From a virus (lineage: Duplodnaviria > Caudoviricetes), in IMG/VR virus record IMGVR_UViG_3300022723_000184, positions 64,001-128,000 of that record: a DNA stretch of 64,000 nucleotides; one strand, written 5' to 3'. Below the pieces are notes generated by a model. It searched no databases and was not told where the DNA came from. It saw only the letters and a list, made by a program, of their open reading frames with translations. This document shows, in pieces, positions 61,952 to 64,000 of this stretch. The stretch's first letter is position 1. Every line of letters begins with the position of its first letter. A program made the translations under genes and the position numbers.

Positions 61952-61979
61952 ACCCGCATATCGGCTTAAAAGATATGAC
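61952..61979 (+). promoter_or_regulatory. conserved hairpin motif copy 6: ACCCG-CATATC-GGCTTAAAA-GATATG-AC
   Basis: Perfect 6-bp stem of quite different sequence, immediately before the GGGAGG RBS. Confidence 0.75.
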
Positions 61980-61995
61980 GAAAGGGAGGCACACG

Positions 61996-62190
61996 ATGCT
62001 GTGCGCTACCGAAGGCAAGGCGTGCGTCCTCGTCGGATTCATCGCCACACTCGCAGGGATCATCGTGGCAGCGTACACCACGCCGCTAACCGGGATCGCC
62101 TGGGGCATGGTTGCTCTGCTGGGCCTGTTGGCCTGGGTGAACACCAAGCTCGAACCCGCGGACCGCGATGGTCCCGGGAAACGAAACTAA
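61996..62190 (+). CDS. small two-TM membrane protein (64 aa)
   Basis: GGGAGG RBS; two hydrophobic segments VLVGFIATLAGIIVAAY and LTGIAWGMVALLGLLAWV, charged tail. Confidence 0.65.
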   Translation: MLCATEGKACVLVGFIATLAGIIVAAYTTPLTGIAWGMVALLGLLAWVNTKLEPADRDGPGKRN

Positions 62191-62193
62191 ACC

Positions 62194-62297
62194 CAGGACC
62201 CTGGGTAGCCTCGTCATGTAGGACGAGCGAGAGAGCGACATGGCGTCGCGCATTACTCCCGCTACGTCCCTACCGACAAGGCTACCCCAGGGTCCTG
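62194..62297. ncRNA. long rod-like inverted repeat (~104 nt, about 40 bp), candidate structured 3' UTR or sRNA
   Basis: CAGGACCCTGGGTAGCCT pairs with AGGCTACCCCAGGGTCCTG (one bulge); inner helices GTC/GAC, GTAGGACG/CGTCCCTAC, AGCG/CGCT, GAG/CTC, GCGAC/GTCGC. Confidence 0.6.
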
Positions 62298-62310
62298 ACA
62301 ACCGCTCCTT

Positions 62311-62334
62311 AGCCCCAGAAGGGGGCTTTTCTTT
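62311..62334 (+). terminator. intrinsic terminator
   Basis: AGCCCC-AGAAG-GGGGCT then TTTCTTT. Confidence 0.7.
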
Positions 62335-62395
62335 ACCTATTGCAGGGGCGGAGGTAGGATGAGAAGCTCAACCCTTTTCTGAAGGAGACCGCGTC

Positions 62396-62761
62396 GTGAA
62401 CACCCCCAACGCCGCACATCAGCAGAGCCTCCACGTGGTGGAGAAGGCCTGCAAGTTCGCCCCCGACATGTCGACGGGCACCATCGTGATCGAGTCGTCC
62501 AACGACGAGCAGTTCAACCTTGCGATCGAGGAGCTGCAGAGCGCCGCGGCCCGCAACCTGGCCGCAGGCTACGCCTCGTCGAAGGGCATGGGCGACGCTC
62601 GGATCAACGGGAACGTCGTCGGCCCCTACCCGATCAACGCCAAGGGCGTGCCCCTGGACCAGGTCAAGGACGAGGCCGGCAACACGCTGCCCCCGCAGCA
62701 CCCGGAGATGCAGCCGGCCGCCTACCGGGCGGACATCCCGGTCTGCCGCAAGCTCGTATGA
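62396..62761 (+). CDS. hypothetical protein (121 aa)
   Basis: AAGGAG RBS, GTG start, strong GC3 bias. Confidence 0.65.
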   Translation: MNTPNAAHQQSLHVVEKACKFAPDMSTGTIVIESSNDEQFNLAIEELQSAAARNLAAGYASSKGMGDARINGNVVGPYPINAKGVPLDQVKDEAGNTLPPQHPEMQPAAYRADIPVCRKLV

Positions 62762-63252
62762 TCGAGCAGATCACGGCCAAAGAACTCAGGATACAAATGG
62801 AAGCGTTGCCCGAGCAACGCTTCTGTTTTTTGGTGAAGCACGTGCTGCAGGTCGACGACGGCATGGACTGCGAGTCGATGCAGTTGACCGACGTCCTCAA
62901 GCTGGGCCTGGCTGACTGGATGACCAAGCTCAGCGTGATGGACGGAGACAATCAGCAGAAGATCTTCGCCGAGTTCTCCGGCGCCTTTCAGAAGTACGTG
63001 CTGCAGAAGGCCGACACCGGCCGCTGGCCCGTGGCGCAGCTGGGAATCCTGGATTTCCGGTGGGTGGTCCTGAACCCCGTGTTCACCGACGGAAAGGGGT
63101 TCTACGACCTGCAGAAGGATCGCTGGACCAGGAGGCTACCGTACCACGCCCTCACGCTGCTATACTGTGACCTGTCGGCCCTGCTCAGCCGCCTGAGCGA
63201 TCGAATCGAACGGACTCGAAAAAAGGTCGAAGAGCTGACGGATGGACCCTAG
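62758..63252 (+). CDS. hypothetical protein (164 aa)
   Basis: ATGA coupling with the previous gene. Confidence 0.6.
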   Translation: MIEQITAKELRIQMEALPEQRFCFLVKHVLQVDDGMDCESMQLTDVLKLGLADWMTKLSVMDGDNQQKIFAEFSGAFQKYVLQKADTGRWPVAQLGILDFRWVVLNPVFTDGKGFYDLQKDRWTRRLPYHALTLLYCDLSALLSRLSDRIERTRKKVEELTDGP

Positions 63253-63970
63253 CGGCAACAACCTGCTGTACGACCAGTCGTTCCGGCGATCGTACCCCAA
63301 ACCCAAAAGCCCGAGATCCAGGCTGCAGCAACTGCTGCACAGCGAGGATACGTACGCGACGACACTGCTCGTCCTATTCGCTGACCGGTACGGGATGGAG
63401 GGCTTGGACTGGCACCCGGAGACCATCCGGCTCCAGCTCCAGAGCGACTTCGGGGTGCAGATCCCGAAGCACACGTTGGACAAGCTGATGGCCGCGATCG
63501 CAATCGTGACCACCGATGCGTTCTACAAGGACCTCACCAGGTTCATCGAGCTGTCGAACATCTTGGCCGGGGACGACTTTGACCCGACCGTGTTCGAGCC
63601 CGCGGACTCCGCCGAGATGGCATGGGCCGTGGCCGAGGCCACGCTGCTTTTTCCGCCGGAGGACGAGACGTTTTCAGACGAGATCAAGGGGTACGTCGGG
63701 TCCGTACTCCGCGACGAGGGCTACGTACGCCCGCCGAAAATCCTGAGCTTTGCGACCGACGCCGACTTCGCGTCCAAGGTCGAGCATGACTTCCAGGATG
63801 ACCCAGAGATGTTCCAGGCGGTATACGCCAACCAGTCGGCGAAGGCCGACGAGATCGACACCCTGGTCATGGACAACCTCCGTGAACTCTTCGGCCAGGT
63901 GACCTCCCTTCCCCTGAAAAACGGGGACACCAGCCAGATTGCCGAACGGATCAAGAAGACCATCGGCTGA
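63242..63970 (+). CDS. hypothetical helical protein (242 aa)
   Basis: Clean ORF with GC3 bias, overlaps the previous stop. Confidence 0.65.
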   Translation: MDPSGNNLLYDQSFRRSYPKPKSPRSRLQQLLHSEDTYATTLLVLFADRYGMEGLDWHPETIRLQLQSDFGVQIPKHTLDKLMAAIAIVTTDAFYKDLTRFIELSNILAGDDFDPTVFEPADSAEMAWAVAEATLLFPPEDETFSDEIKGYVGSVLRDEGYVRPPKILSFATDADFASKVEHDFQDDPEMFQAVYANQSAKADEIDTLVMDNLRELFGQVTSLPLKNGDTSQIAERIKKTIG

Positions 63971-64000
63971 CGGCTAAGAGAACAACCGAGCAACAAGGGG

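Noticed and set aside
62194-62297. MITE or miniature insertion element
   Set aside because: No target-site duplication at the ends, and pairing continues through the interior as in a folded RNA.
125-63996. Long minus-strand and alternate-frame ORFs (for example 26359-28395, 49335-51026, 23978-25309, 47853-49202)
   Set aside because: Shadow ORFs of GC3-biased + strand genes, with no RBS or recognisable motifs.
1-64000. Stop-codon reassignment, tRNA, rRNA, intein or integrase
   Set aside because: Genes are intact in code 11 and use all three stops; no cloverleaf, rRNA, intein or recombinase signature seen by eye.

Overview
The window is 64 kb of a large, GC-rich, contractile-tailed (myovirus-like) phage genome, coded almost entirely on the + strand. 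It runs as follows. 1-4.8 kb: head module (end of an upstream gene, acidic scaffold-like proteins, decoration protein, HK97/encapsulin-like major capsid protein). 4.8-19 kb: putative head/neck fibres, LamG and other jelly-roll lectin-like proteins, chaperones and a GT2 glycosyltransferase. 19-22.6 kb: neck and tail-completion genes. 22.6-33 kb: sheath, tube, spike/hub, a tail-assembly-chaperone pair with a -1 slippery site, and tape measure. 33-56 kb: baseplate and Cys-rich paralogous fibre/baseplate proteins, with a sigma70-family gene embedded. 56-58 kb: a GT9-GT2 fusion. There are three free-standing HNH endonuclease genes, and a small-gene region after 60 kb (secreted lysozyme-like protein, secreted lectin-like protein, small membrane protein). 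No tRNA, rRNA, CRISPR array, integrase or reverse transcriptase was recognised. The most unusual signals are: (1) a six-copy intergenic hairpin motif whose 6-bp stem changes sequence but keeps pairing while flanks and loop start stay fixed; (2) a four-copy AAAAAG(T/C)ACTTTTT palindrome; (3) two ~105-110 nt rod-like structured elements; (4) short Ser-x-Ser tags across many virion proteins, together with two phage glycosyltransferases; (5) short AT-rich codon patches in core genes, one next to an HNH gene. All product calls come from motif recognition and gene order by eye; no database search was run.
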